Source of the DNA: Paramoeba atlantica
Taxonomy: Eukaryota; Protista; Discosea
Length of the DNA stretch: 64,000 nucleotides
Assembly (NCBI GenBank): GCA_977017575.1
Contig: CDRNVI010000045.1
Span: forward strand, 124,001 to 188,000
Reading direction: 5' to 3'
The notes below the pieces were generated by a model. It did no database searches. It was given only the letters and a program-made list of their open reading frames with translations, and was not told the origin of the DNA. The position numbers and the translations under genes were made by a program. Positions within the stretch are counted from its first letter, which is position 1; every line of letters begins with the position of its first letter. Positions 39,520 through 52,028 of this stretch are shown piece after piece.

Positions 39520-41925
39520 TTATCGTTTCAGAAAGGCTGGGTTTAGCGGCAATCTGTCCTCCGTGAAGTACGGGGGAGGGGGAGGGGGCGGTTGTACGGG
39601 TTGCAGCACATACCCCTCGTTGAGCATCTGGGACTGTGGAAAATACCCTGGAATCGTACCCTCAAAGGGTTCCACAGGATCATACGCATCAAGTGCCCTA
39701 GGTGGTTCCAACCCCCCGGCAGATGTTGCGGTCGGCATGTAGGGGTAGGAGGGGCACCAGGAAGGCTCCATCGGGTACCCACTCATCGCTGGGAGCGGGG
39801 AAGCACGAGTCTCCCATCGAGGGGGGCGGGTGTTTCCACCTCGGGGGTTAAACCGCCCGGCGGGGGTCATCTCGGGTCGACGCACATCATGCGCCCTTCC
39901 TCGTCCCGCGTGATGCGAAAAAGCTTTGTGGAGAGGTTTCTCTTCGTTTCTCATGAGTATGCCGAGGAGGGACCGGCAGCAGGGGTTGTCCCGTAGTGCA
40001 GTCTCATGCGCGAGTAAAATCGTGCTTAGCCGTTCCCTGGGTTTGGAGGGGAGGCGCTGTAATAATTTCTGTATCACATAATTGCCAAAGGGATCCATCG
40101 CCAGTCGCATTGCAGGGATCTTGTCGCTGGAATTTTCATCGGGACAACAAACTTTTTCGGCGAACTCGAGAACCACCTCCTCATTTCCACAAAGAATAAA
40201 TTTCTCCATAACATTCGAAGCGAACTTATGACAAGACAGCGCCACCGCCTCTGCTGCAAGCAGCTTCCCCACCCTCTCTCGATATTCCGGCGTGGTACTC
40301 ATGAGTAAGTGTTGGAGCACGTAGTTCCCAAACTCGTCCCGCACCAAGGTCGCAGTGTGCTGCAATAACTTCTCCAAGAATGGATGCGGTGACTGCGTAA
40401 ACACATACCGGCTCTGCTCCAACAACCGCTGCACCACACGACAGCCAAAACTGTGGCACGCCACCTTCTCCGCCTCCGGCAGCAGTTCCTCCACAACAAA
40501 CCCCACATACGCCGGGGTCGTCTCAATCACCTTCTGCAACACATGATTCGCATTCGCATCCACCACCAACCCCCTCACCTCACCTCGAAAACACTCGATC
40601 AGCTCCCGCCGCCCCGGCTCCGTCCCATACCGCAGCACGTGCTGCACCACGCGACACCCAAACGTGTCCCGGGACAGCGCCAACGTGTGGGGGGCGAGCG
40701 CCACCCGCACCCTCTCCCGCACCCCCTCCCCGCCGCACTCCACCACGCGCTGCACCACGTAGTTCCCGTACACATCCCGGGAGAGCCCGAGGAGGTCGTC
40801 CAGGACCTCGCGGACCACCCAGTCACACGGGCCGGGGGTACTGCTGAGAGTACTGCTGCCCCCACTACTCCCCTGGGGGAGTACGCCGCTGGTGAGGGCG
40901 TGCTGCAGCCAGCGACTCCCCTCCTGGTCCCGGCTGAGTTCGGGGATGAACCCGCGGGCGTGGGGGAGCGACCAGCGGGGGCGGTTCGTGTGGAAGTCAC
41001 GGAGCGTGGGGGACTCGGAGGCGTGGGAGAGGGGCTGCTGTTGTTGCTGTTGTTGCTGTTGGGATCGTTGTTGTTGTTGGGTGACTTGCTGTTGTACGGA
41101 GGGGGGATAGGAGGGTACCCGTGTGGTGGGGTGGGGGTTATCCCGAATAGGGGGGACTACGCCCTCGAGGTGGGGGGTGTCCCTGGAGGGGAGTGGGGTG
41201 GGGAGTACGGCAGGGTGGGAGGCTGGGAGGGGGGGGTAGAGAGCAGGTGGTGGGGGGGTGGGGGTTGGGGTCTCCTCGGGTAACGCAGAGGACAACGGGG
41301 ATCGAGGGGTTGTGATGGTGGTGGTGGTGGGGTGACTCTTATTCTCCTTGTGCGCGTGTTGGGGTTTCTTCTTTCGTGGGAATGGTGAGGGCTCTGGGGG
41401 ATTCAATGAGGGGAGTTGGGGAAGTGGGAGACGAAAGACAGGACTACGGCACTGGGTGGGGGCAAGAGCGGGGGAGAGGGCCGGGGTGGTGTTTTCCAGT
41501 AAGTTCCGTGGGAGCATCTCCGGGGTGGGAATCCCGCGAAGGTCGCGAAGGGAGAGACTCGGAGGGGAGCGAGACGTGGGGGGGTCCTTAGCGTGGCTAC
41601 CATTCTGACCTCGCTCCAGTGAGAGGTTCTCCAGTAGAAGGGGGAACGGGGCGTCAGGATGAGGGATGGAAGTATTGGAGAGAGGAGAGTGTCCGGCGTC
41701 CTCTTTAGTTGGGACAGCGCTGTCATGCAAGAAGAGAGGGGGGAGTAGACGAGGGTCCCGAGGATGTTGTGAGAAGTACCACTCCTCGTAGCTTTTCGTG
41801 GTGCGGTAGAGCTCGTTAGCAGGTACGGAAGAGTGAAGCGGAGTGGTATTGAATGGTGAACTGTTTCGGGGCCGCAGCGCTGGGGAGGATCGAGATCGAG
41901 TACGTCGGGGCGTTTCCTTCTCCAT
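39520..41925 (-). CDS. Pumilio/PUF RNA-binding protein with eight PUF repeats
   Basis: Recognition motifs SRWLQ, NYVVQ, CRVVQ, NHVLQ, CRVVQ, NYVLQ, SNVME, NYVIQ; low-complexity Pro/Gln N-terminus. Confidence 0.93.
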   Translation of the reverse strand: MEKETPRRTRSRSSPALRPRNSSPFNTTPLHSSVPANELYRTTKSYEEWYFSQHPRDPRLLPPLFLHDSAVPTKEDAGHSPLSNTSIPHPDAPFPLLLENLSLERGQNGSHAKDPPTSRSPPSLSLRDLRGIPTPEMLPRNLLENTTPALSPALAPTQCRSPVFRLPLPQLPSLNPPEPSPFPRKKKPQHAHKENKSHPTTTTITTPRSPLSSALPEETPTPTPPPPALYPPLPASHPAVLPTPLPSRDTPHLEGVVPPIRDNPHPTTRVPSYPPSVQQQVTQQQQRSQQQQQQQQQPLSHASESPTLRDFHTNRPRWSLPHARGFIPELSRDQEGSRWLQHALTSGVLPQGSSGGSSTLSSTPGPCDWVVREVLDDLLGLSRDVYGNYVVQRVVECGGEGVRERVRVALAPHTLALSRDTFGCRVVQHVLRYGTEPGRRELIECFRGEVRGLVVDANANHVLQKVIETTPAYVGFVVEELLPEAEKVACHSFGCRVVQRLLEQSRYVFTQSPHPFLEKLLQHTATLVRDEFGNYVLQHLLMSTTPEYRERVGKLLAAEAVALSCHKFASNVMEKFILCGNEEVVLEFAEKVCCPDENSSDKIPAMRLAMDPFGNYVIQKLLQRLPSKPRERLSTILLAHETALRDNPCCRSLLGILMRNEEKPLHKAFSHHAGRGRAHDVRRPEMTPAGRFNPRGGNTRPPRWETRASPLPAMSGYPMEPSWCPSYPYMPTATSAGGLEPPRALDAYDPVEPFEGTIPGYFPQSQMLNEGYVLQPVQPPPPPPPYFTEDRLPLNPAFLKR

Positions 41926-42907
41926 TCCCGTTTGACAAATTTGAGAACTATGTACAAAAAGAAGCGTGCGAAAACAGTAGGTTTTTTACAAGTTTCCGCA
42001 GAAGTTGATTCACTTCCGGAATAAAACGAACTTGATTGGAAGTATTGCAAATGAGTTTAAAATAGGGGGTTTTAGTTACTGTAGTGTATACAGTAGGAAG
42101 AAGTGTATACAGTACTGTAGTAATATATTTCTTAACTATTTGAATACTATACCCCCCCTGCTTATGAGTTCCCCCAATTCTGGTATGCTTATGAGTTTCT
42201 TTTTCTAAGGCAAATATTTTTATACCCACTTTTCGCGAAGCGATTATTGAACTGAACAAAAATCAGCTCAAACAGACCTTTTACTGAAAAGTTAAGGGAG
42301 CGCCTTATTGGTGTCTAGGGGTTTACGTAGTTTCCACGAATAAGCATCGAATTTTAAACCGTTTGAGTACCGACGCTTGTCGTGAGTGATATTTCGTGTT
42401 CATGACAGACACCCATGATTCACACTTAGTAAACAAAAGCTGTACCCATACGTACGAATTTCAAGTACGAATCGGTATGGAACCGATTGTGCGCCCATAC
42501 TTCGAGCGAGATTAGGATATTTCCTGCTGAGGAAAGGGATCAGAAACCATACCCATGAGATACCGCGATAAAACAGTAAGGTACACGGCACACAATCACT
42601 CTCAAGGACCAAATGGTCACGTGTACGAATATGTCAAAGTATAATAAAAACACCAAAGGAATTTTAATATGAAAATATTCTGTTTGATTCAATATTCAAA
42701 AAATTGACCCAAACAATTTTGGTCCAAATATACATGAGGGGCAGCGGGTATGATCTCACGTGATCTCGCGTGATCATACGTGATCTTGTTTTGCCATAGC
42801 AGTTTTGACACAGTAAGCGAAAAAACAGTAAAACATAGTATCAGTTTTCTCTTTCATAACGTTTGTATAAAAACATACGCCATACATTGTTGTTCTGAGA
42901 ACAAGAA

Positions 42908-43349
42908 GACCTCCGGCACCACTTTAGCTACGAAACCTGTACTTTCACCAATACAAACACTTATCCCGCTAAAGTTTGCCAACGAGAATGTGATGTGCGC
43001 CAGGAATCGAACTCATTTTTGAAAGATAAACGTACGTTCTTACGTACATTCACAGCCCTCCCAGATTTCCCAAACTCCTAGAACCTCTCGAAAAAAAAAC
43101 GCCGCAAAGCTGAGGAGGTTGTAGCGGTCCTGGAAGAGCGTATTGATTCGGAGCCAAGCTAAGCTTCTTTAACCGCGGGAACCAACACGTCACGCAGTAA
43201 CTTACAAAGGCAGAACGCGTCTCCTTCTGATCGTCGAAGCGACAACGTCGAGGATCCGTTAAAGTAAGGAGACCTCCGGCACCACTTTAGCTACGAAACC
43301 TGTACTGTCACCAATACAAACACTTATCCCGCTAATGTTTGCCAACGAG
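42908..43349. repeat. 79-bp direct repeat pair (42908-42986 and 43271-43349)
   Basis: GACCTCCGGCACCACTTTAGCTACGAAACCTGTAC...GCCAACGAG occurs twice with 2-3 differences. Confidence 0.85.
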
Positions 43350-43449
43350 AGGAGCCGAACTCCTTTTTAAAAGATGGTGGGAAACAACGTCGTCATGCGG
43401 TTTGCAATCATTGCGGAATTGTTTTTCATGTAAGATGTACTCAAACGTA

Positions 43450-44005
43450 CAGAGGTGTAAATTTGGGTGTGGGGGGGTGTAAAACTTGGCCAATTTTGGA
43501 AAATAATAGCGCATTCGAGAGCACTCGAACGGGGCTCATGAACGTGCACGCACGGCATCTGCGTTAATTAGATTTCAAGTGCACGTAAAAAACACATTTT
43601 TTTGGGAGACAAAATCTTGCATTTTTCACAGGTTTTCTGATTTCTCCCCTGATTCATGCAACAAAGACGGGGTTGTGGGCGATCACCCGAACACAAAGAC
43701 TACGAAAGGGCTTATTCTTCGCCTGGGCACGTAAAAGCAAGCTGGCGCATGGTTCTTGTTGCCGATTACGAAACAACACACTCTTTTTCGTTCTGAAAAT
43801 TCATGTTCCATAGTGGGCGACTTCAAAAATGGTTGAGTCCCTCGGAATCGTGCAGATTTGATCATTGCGATCGAAGCAGCGTTTCAAGACCCCTGAAAAT
43901 CTTTGTCTAGGGAGCAATACCCCCTTGTTCCTAGTTCGGTCATGTTACGTTCATGATCCCTGTTCGAGAGCGCTCGAATGCGTTATTGTTTTCCAAAATT
44001 GGCCA
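43450..44005. mobile_element. Tc1-type MITE, reversed sister of 10847-14626
   Basis: TA|CAGAGGTGTAAATTTGGGTGTGGGG; the interior is the reverse complement of 14210-14560; the right TIR is truncated. Confidence 0.75.
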
Positions 44006-44403
44006 TCTACCGTAACATGTACGGTAGATGTTACGGTCATTTCATGCAGAGAAAAATATCCACGAAGGGTGTGGGATGCCGAGGAAAAAAATTGGAAAAT
44101 TAAAGATGCGACATTTTCCGGAAAACACAGAAAAAACTGTTATAAAGTTTTGGACTACTCTTACTGGAGTTCCCATTTTTTTCGGTGGCCCGTTGCTGGA
44201 AGTATACACGACGCCAAGATACCCGTCGAGCAGAAAATTTGGCCCACTTTTATTTGTCCCCAATAAATTTGGTCCACATAAATATTGGTCCGACTTTATT
44301 TTTCCTTCCGCGGCGGACCAAAATACTTTTTGATTTTATTGTCGGTCATTTTTAAAGTTCAGAACTAGTCATTTTTTCAAGCGACACTTCTTTTTTTGGC
44401 TTC

Positions 44404-45150
44404 TTGGAATGTCTGTCTTTTGAATGGGTGCAGCAAATCCTTGATCAAGATGTTTACCCTGCGCACGTTGTTGACCTCGTTAACAATCATAACTCGAATC
44501 GGAATCACTATACCAAATATACTGAGGCTGAAGTTAAAGCAATTTATGAATTGTGTGTCACACGAAAGGTCGCAAGTGTTGTGAGCTTCTGGAACAGCAC
44601 ATAAAGCAAAACAATATCTAAAAGTACGCTCCTTCGTTTTCTGGAAAACGAAAAGTCCAATAACGATATCAAACCTCGAGGGAGGCCAGGAATTCTCACT
44701 GCAATCGAAGAAAAAGAACTTATTAAAAGTTTTGAATTGCAGAATAAGATGTGTAAAAGTGTTAGCGCTTCATTCGTTTCAGAAATGGCCAAAGGCCTCA
44801 TTGCTCGAACACGAAAGAATCTTCTAAAGGAGAACGGTGGCCCCATTGCCGTAAGTGAATCTTGGGCCCGCACTTTTTTTCACGAACATAACTTCAGCGT
44901 CCATGCAGCTACCTCAGATAGGCGTGTTTCACCTGACCAAGTGTGCATTGCTGGACAACCGTGGTTTCGTGAGTTATCTCGGTACAGTATCATCAAACCG
45001 GAATTGCTTTTCAATATGGACGAGTTCTTTTGTACACTAGATAACAACAATCGTTCTTGGACATGGATCCGTCACAAAAAAGGAGTTCCCATTCAGATTG
45101 CAAAATCTCGTATTGGATGCACCGTTACAGTGTTAGCATCTGCCGAAGGA
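44404..45150 (+). pseudogene. pogo-like transposase fragment
   Basis: KENGGPIAVSESWARTFF (CENP-B-type HTH), ELLFNMDEFF (D1), RIGCTVTVLASAEG. Confidence 0.7.
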
Positions 45151-45720
45151 AGAAGTAAGAGGGCTGAAACCACCTGGGTTTGCCGAGGTTGTGTGCTAAT
45201 TTTCTGTATTATACAGGGGTTTCAAGATATCTTCCCCCTTGCGGAAATTTGATTTGTTTATCTGTTTTTTCTCATATTCCATATATCCCCCTGGAGTCCC
45301 CTAGACCCCCCACCCGGATTCTCCAGCGAACTCCATAGCCGAAAAAACGACAAGTACCTTTGCCATTGGTTTTTCTTGGGACCTGACTGGGTTTGCCCGG
45401 GTTTGCATTTTACTGGTTTCAACCCTCTAAATCAACATTCAAAATATCAATGAAACAAAAATTCTTAATATTTTAAAGTACCAAATGACTACCATTGTGC
45501 GTGTATTAATATGATAAAGTACGATAGTAGCATCAAATAATTTAAATAGGAAAATATTTTTCTAGTTTCATTGCACGAAAAAATTGGTCCCAATAAATTT
45601 GGTCCACATAAATATTGGTCCGACTTTTTTTTCGAGCTCGAAGGACCAAATTAAAAAAATGTCAAATTTTTTGCTCGATCGGTATATCAGACAACCTCCT
45701 AACACCAGACTACTCTATTC

Positions 45721-45927
45721 GACCATAATGTTGACGAACTGTTTCTGGCAGATCCGGGTTATGTAGGATGCTATCACTGCCTTGTGCCCCACAAATTGTC
45801 ATCGAAAAAATCTTTAACAGAAAATGAAGAGATGTTCAATCGACGTCACTCCATGATTCGATCACGTATAGAAAGATTTTTTTCATTTATCGACAAAGTT
45901 CGTTTTTTTTCAAGGTACAGATCATAA
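45721..45927 (+). pseudogene. PIF/Harbinger (IS5-like) transposase C-terminal fragment
   Basis: Hand translation gives FLADPGYVGCYHCLVP...EMFNRRHSMIRSRIERFFSFI, matching the AD.GY and FN..HS..R..IER.F motifs. Confidence 0.7.
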
Positions 45928-47435
45928 GATGAAGTGGGTCAAGTCCGCCGTGCAAATAGTTTCGGCTGCATGCTATGGGTTGTTAGCTACAGATCCTCAG
46001 TATGATTTTGATCCGTCCGTGAATTTAAACCTAAAAAATGTAAAGGAATCTGAATGTTTATGTAGCATTGTTGTCCCTGCTGTAAAACCATATCGCGAAC
46101 ATCTTACATCAGTGATTCACCATGTTCCATACGATCCCAAAAAGCGCCGAAAATCTACAAAGAAACTGGAGTGATGCTTTTTCGAATTAATGTTGGTTGT
46201 AGTTTGTGATGGTGTTGCAATTATTTGTTTTTCGCTAATGGGGGGGTATGCTTTTTGGGTGGGCAAAGGCCTCTTTTACTGATGAGTGCGTTGGTTTTCT
46301 GTCCAGCGCACCCTGCAACTATGCCATCCGCGCCCGCTCAACTACCCTCACCCCGCCGTGCCACCCCCTACCGGTCCTAACACCCCCTCCCCCCGTCCAA
46401 CCACCCTCGCGAGCCGAATCAGTTCCCGTGAGATCTCGCGTGATCTCACGTGATCTCGTTTTGGACCTCACCCGCAGCCCCTCACATGTAGTATACAAGT
46501 CTAAACTTAATTACGCCCAAACTTAATTAAGCCCAAAGGCAGATTCTGGGCTTATTTAAGTTTGGGCGTAATGAAAATATGTTCGAAAAAGTGTTTTTTA
46601 AATCCATTAAAAAAGAATTTTCCAATTTTTATGGATAACTTTACGATTCCGAAGGCAGTTCTTGATGAGGTTTCGTCAAGACGAAACACTATCTGAAAGT
46701 GAAGAAGAGATTGATGTCCAGACGCTACTTAATTTACTATTGAAATGAGAAGATTTTTCAGAAATCCTATAGAATTTTTCTAAAATATTTTTTACCCACA
46801 TATTTTCCGCGATCACCCCCCGGTGCCCTATCCATACCTATGTGTTCTATGAACACTTGTGTGTGTTCAGTGGTTCTATGGTTCAATGAACACTTTTATG
46901 AACCAATAGAACACTTTTTCGATTTTTTTTCGTGACGTACAAACAATTTTTTTTGAAGCTTTGTTTCATTCATATGGCCCCAGATGGTACTACACGACCT
47001 AGATCCTCACGTACATGTAGGTACATTGCAGAATAGGTGGTGCGAATCTGTGCCATCGATATGATTCCAGCGTCAAGGGGGACCACGAAGAGGCCCCAAC
47101 CCCCAGTTAGGCTGGTCCGAACACGTGTTAGGCGTTTAATCAATTCGGCACACGAACGGTTTTAATGCATATAATGTATTCACAGTGCAAAAAGAATGTT
47201 TTGTGGAAATGACGACAACAAAGATGAGGAAAAAAATTCAAATTTTTTCTTTGGGGAAAAAAGTCCCCTTTCACTTTTTGTGAAACCCAATGAAAAGTGA
47301 CCCACCACTTTTTTTTCTTCGTACAAGCGTCCGTTTGAGCTGATTTTTGTAGCATTTTGCAGATCTCAACACAAAAGACTTTGAGCGTGAAGAAACGAAA
47401 CAAAAAGAAGCGAATACGTATATTTTAGAGAAGAA

Positions 47436-47783
47436 CTAACATTTTGTCACTTTTTCACCTGCGATCACAACCTGTCCATGATCCAAATACAACACCGCTC
47501 CCCACCCGTGCGACGAAACATCTGTAAAAAGTGTACGGGAGTGCGGGACCGTATCGGGGCGTGGGGGAGGGTAAATGGGCGTGTTGTGGATCATACTTTG
47601 GGTCCACTCCTGAAGATCCATCCGAGCGGAATACGGCAGAGGGCTCACTTCGTACAAACGTTTTGGATCACGGTTTAAAGCGTTAATGCGCCTTCTTACT
47701 AACTTCAAAGTAAAATGATGCTCCGGAATCGATTTCCCCAAAACCAAAGTTTGGAAATGGGCCAGCGCGAGACATTCCTGCAT
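47436..47783 (-). pseudogene. VIPER/DIRS-like RNase H fragment
   Basis: RTLFTDVSSHGWGAVL parallels ATLYTDASLDGWGAVL in 60231-61348. Confidence 0.7.
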
Positions 47784-48048
47784 CCAAGCGCGAAGCTGAG
47801 GTACGGAGTGTGCTTCGAGGTAAGGTTGCGAGAACTGGCGGTAATAGAAAACCGTCTAAGTAAGGAAAGAACTGATGGAATTGTATCTTTGCAAATTTGG
47901 AATACCTTGAGGAATATTTGTAGGTTATGGGAAAAATATTGTTTGTTTATACCGTATCAGACACATATAAACTCTGAACTTGGAAGTCATAGATGAAAGC
48001 TTTCAAGGTGAAAGTGTTAAGCTTTTCAACCGACTTTAAGTCGGTCTT

Positions 48049-49381
48049 ATTGCGGTGGTTGTATAACTACCACTCTACCCTCGATTATTGAAAAAAGGTG
48101 AACAAAAACAGTGAAAATATAAAGAGAAACACAGTAATATAAACCCCTCCGCATCAAAAAGGCACCCACCCTTATTTTTTGCACGAGGGGGGCTATCGAC
48201 TTCCCAGGATTGGTCTTACAGAAAGTGGAAAGGTGTTATTGCGCATGAGGCTTGGCCAAGGGGTTGCGATAAGGCAAGTAGCCCGCGAGTTTAATGTCAA
48301 TGTGAAACATATTCGAAAATATTTGAAAAACATTTCGCCTGAAAATGTTTATACTCTGAGCCCTGAAGAAAAAAACAGAATCAAATGACACCTTGTTGTT
48401 CTCCCACCCATCTCAATTACATGTGTTTCGTACGTTAAAACATTAAAAAAAGTACCATTCCCCTCAAACTGTATTTTTCAGCAAGATGGGGCAACGCCTT
48501 AGACTGCCAATGAAACAAAAGCGTACCTTGAGGACGGCAGCATGGAATTATTGAAAAATTGTCCGCTCAACTCCCACGATCTCTCACCAATAGAAAACGT
48601 GTGGAGCATGGTACAAAATCTTGTAGATGAATACAATCCTGCAACTAGAGAAGATCTCATAAAAAGCGTACGTAAAGCTTGGCGTAAATTGCCTCAAGAA
48701 TATATTGATGATTCGGTTTAGAGCTTCGATGCTCGCCTCGAAGCTTGTGTGGCGAGTAACGGAGAAAAAGTGACAAAATGGTAATCTCTACCTAAAATAT
48801 ACGTATTCGTTTCTTTTAGTCTCATTTCTTCGCGCGCAAAGTCTTTGTGTTGAGATCTGCAAAATGCAACAAAAATCATTCCAAACGGACAATTGGCTGA
48901 AAAGTTAAGGGTGGGTGCCTTATTGGTGCGGAGGGGTTTAATAGAAGAAAAAAACGTTTCATATAAAAGAGAGCTCCGGTGGTCCAAAACAGAAAAAAAA
49001 TATTGAAAAAAATGGGGGGTCCAGGGGGAAGGGCATACTTTTGATAAAAAAAAGGTAAAAATATATTTTTCCAAAATCGACTCCTAAAACGTATTTTAAG
49101 AGTTTTGGACCTCAGCTACCATTCTACGGCGTTGTTTTCGTCAGATTCGCCTCCTACCCCTACTGGTAAGGCATCAAAAACGGCCAAAATTCGGGTTGAA
49201 ATTTCGAAATTTTCGCTTAAAGTTCGGGCTTTTTTACCTAAAAAAGTAGATTATTCATGATCTTTTGGCAATTTTTCTATTTTAGGCTCTTCGTTAACCG
49301 CGGTGGTAGTTTTCAACGCGAAGTGCGCAGCATGAGTGACTTCTAAGTTGAAAACAACCACCGCGTTTAACGAAGAGCCTA
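48049..49381. mobile_element. Long-TIR family copy (left arm, body, palindrome) split by a Tc1 insertion
   Basis: 48049-48141 plus 48941-49120 are collinear with 19750-20125; the palindrome lies at 49283-49381. Confidence 0.7.
48142..48938 (+). mobile_element. Degenerate Tc1/IS630-like element
   Basis: 33-bp TIR AACCCCTCCGCA.CAA.AAGGCACCCACCCTTA, TA on both sides; HTH remnant 48179-48388; FQQDGATP*...SHDLSPIENVW remnant 48475-48780. Related right-end remnants lie near 42290-42325 and 47320-47450. Confidence 0.8.
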
Positions 49382-50257
49382 AAAAAGAAATTGGATATTG
49401 GATTTAGTTTTGTATTTGGATTGGTTCCCCATGTAATCGATTGGAGTGGTTCCCCATTTTTCTTCGACGGGCACGAAAGGTTCCTGTGGGACCTCGTCCT
49501 CTCATTAGAAATTGTTCAGGGTAATAGATCTGCTCGACTAAATGCGGGAAACAATAGTTTTTTACAACAACAACAACAACAAAAATATTTTGAAATAAGA
49601 AATGCATTACGTTCGGCGAGTACAAAAAAAGCTGCCACGCGTACTAAGAGAGAACCTCATACCGCGGTATTCTTATACTACATAGCTAGGGCATGTGTAA
49701 TCACTTGGATATGCGCAAAAACAAAAAAGATTTATGAAAAATATTCAACATGTTCGTGGGATGTGTACCTCCCCAAAAAGTGTTCAATGCGTTCTATGTG
49801 TTCAATGAACAAAAAAAAGTGTTCATAGAACACATAGGTATGCCTATCCCTGGAGGGGAGAGGGCATCGGACGAGGATCGCTCGCATCTTGGCCAACCTA
49901 TTTGGGCTTAATTAAGTTTGGACATAATTAAGTACGGGCGTAATTATGTTCGGCACGGTACATGTAGTATATCCAATATTCATGTAGTATATTGGTCCGA
50001 CTTGTTTTCGAGCTCGAAGGACCAAATCAAAAGAAGTCAAAGTTTCTGCTCGACCTAAGTTGAAGGCTAGAAGCGGAAAGCGTAGATTTTTGCGCAAAAG
50101 TCTAAAAAACCGAAGAAAAAGATCTTTTAAAAGCGGGTTTTGCTATAACTTAACCCGTTACCACTGTGTGACGATCACTGAAGTTTTGATTTCCAGTTCA
50201 TGGCCACATAGAGGATTACAAACCATTTTTCATTTGGCCATCTTTCCTTTCCTTTGG

Positions 50258-52015
50258 TCACTCAACTATTACAACACCAGTTTGTTCAAGGCTAATTCGT
50301 ATACTTTTTCCTTTTTTCACGGTCCCGTGCAGCCCAGGATTATTTCTTAGAGAGACAACCGACAAGTAAGTAGAGCGCAGCACCAGCTGGACTTCCCCCT
50401 CTAAGCAGTTGTCGTTTACCTTAAGCTCGGAAAGACGACCGGGTACAGATGGAAAATCGGGCACACCCGTAAAACAATTATGACTCAGATTTAGAATTTC
50501 AAGTTCTTTCGGAATACCTTTTAACTGAAGGTGCCCTGAAAACTTATTGTGGCTGGCATCGAATTCAATGCAATTCCTAGGTAACGCGCTGAGGTCAAGA
50601 TTCCCTTCAAAATTATTGTGTTTTATGCGCAAATAATTCATCATTGACACTGTGATATCTTCAAAAGTGAACGGACCAGAAAATTTATTTTTGCTAATAT
50701 CTAGCACATTCAAGTCCGGTATCATGCCCAATGAGCCAGATAACTTATTGTCACTCAAATAGAGATGTGTGAGTGAACCAGGTACATAACGCATATCGAG
50801 AACTCCCGTAAAATTGTTACAGGCAAGATTGATCTCTCCAATATCAGTTGGTAAATGTGTCAAAACTAACCCTCCAGTAAACATGTTTCCGCTGACATCC
50901 AAGTGGTATAGTCTAGCCGGCAAGTTAACTAGGCTCAAACTCCCCGTAAATGTGTTATTCGTTGCCTTAAAATATTCAACGTCGTCGGGAAGTTGATCGA
51001 GCTCGAGCGTACCATTAAAACGATTATCTGAAAAATTAGCTTCCTGAAGTCCTTGTTCATCAAGCAACTCCAGATCCAAAGTTCCTACGAGGGCGTTCTC
51101 CTGAACTAAAAGGCGTGTAAGACTGTTCGGCAAATTATTGAGGAGTAATTTCCCCGAAAAAAGATTGCAGGAGGCATCGAATGTCTCTATTTGAACCGGG
51201 AGAAAGCGAAGGTCCAAGTCCAGCTCGGAGTAATCTTTGCTTGAATACGTCATACGCGGATAAGAAACTGTACAGCCCGTGAACGCGTTAGAACTTAAAT
51301 ATAAATGCCTTAGATATTTGGGTAACTCGCTCAAATTTATTTTTCTTGAAAAACAATTTTCACTTAAATTCAAGGAGCGCAGATCCGTCGGGAGGCTACC
51401 CAAGTCTAATCTGCCTTCGAATTGGTTACTTTCCAGACTGATCTCCTTCATCGTCACAGGAAAGTCAGAAACGTTTATAGTACCCGTAAATTCGTTAAAA
51501 CTAATATCCAGATACTTTAGACCCGGAGGCAAATTATTCAGAATATCAGATCCCGAAAAGCAGTTTGCTGTTACAGATGTTCGCAAAACAGTTCTGGGAA
51601 GGTGCTGTAAGTGCAATAGGCCGCTAAGTTCTCCGTTGAGGCTTGAGTCAAATGAATCTAAGTCCAAATTTATTTCTGTCACTTCCTCTTGTTCATTGCA
51701 AGTCACCCCTTCCCACTTACATGCAGGTATGGCTACCGTCCAGGATGAGTGACGTGGCGATATATCCGCAACAAGTCTTTCTAGGTCATACTCTTGCGGC
51801 AGAATGGCACCACGGATCTTCCCGGTACGGCTGGGCTCACGGCTGCTCGGCATGTCTCTGTGTTGTTTCCGACGCTTTGTAGGAGGTGGCTGATCATCCC
51901 GACCCTGCAACATGAAAAACATCTGCATAAGAAATCGGTGCGTAGAAAATACGGCTTGAATAACCTTAAAAGATATTCTTCTCAATAATTCAAACACTAT
52001 TTTCTGGAAGTGCAA
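50258..52015 (-). CDS. Leucine-rich repeat protein
   Basis: LPQEYDL...CKWEGVTCN cap followed by many LRRs; the true start is probably a downstream ATG (MQMFF). Confidence 0.88.
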   Translation of the reverse strand: MHFQKIVFELLRRISFKVIQAVFSTHRFLMQMFFMLQGRDDQPPPTKRRKQHRDMPSSREPSRTGKIRGAILPQEYDLERLVADISPRHSSWTVAIPACKWEGVTCNEQEEVTEINLDLDSFDSSLNGELSGLLHLQHLPRTVLRTSVTANCFSGSDILNNLPPGLKYLDISFNEFTGTINVSDFPVTMKEISLESNQFEGRLDLGSLPTDLRSLNLSENCFSRKINLSELPKYLRHLYLSSNAFTGCTVSYPRMTYSSKDYSELDLDLRFLPVQIETFDASCNLFSGKLLLNNLPNSLTRLLVQENALVGTLDLELLDEQGLQEANFSDNRFNGTLELDQLPDDVEYFKATNNTFTGSLSLVNLPARLYHLDVSGNMFTGGLVLTHLPTDIGEINLACNNFTGVLDMRYVPGSLTHLYLSDNKLSGSLGMIPDLNVLDISKNKFSGPFTFEDITVSMMNYLRIKHNNFEGNLDLSALPRNCIEFDASHNKFSGHLQLKGIPKELEILNLSHNCFTGVPDFPSVPGRLSELKVNDNCLEGEVQLVLRSTYLSVVSLRNNPGLHGTVKKGKSIRISLEQTGVVIVE

Positions 52016-52028
52016 TCAATACAATGTA

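Larger units (their letters stand above)
42731..46490. mobile_element. Composite element bounded by TACATG(T)GAGGGGC.GCGGG inverted ends with GATCTCACGT subterminal repeats
   Basis: Ends at 42731 and 46490 are mutually inverted; a 78-bp minimal version with both end types lies at 52029-52106. Confidence 0.55.
46490..49966. mobile_element. Second composite element with inverted ends (TACATGTA...AATTACGCCC..ACTTAATTAAGCCCAAA) and inner inverted repeats at 46833 and 49843
   Basis: 46490-46540 is inverted relative to 49900-49966; CATACCTATGTGTTCTATGAACAC is inverted between 46833 and 49843. Confidence 0.5.
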
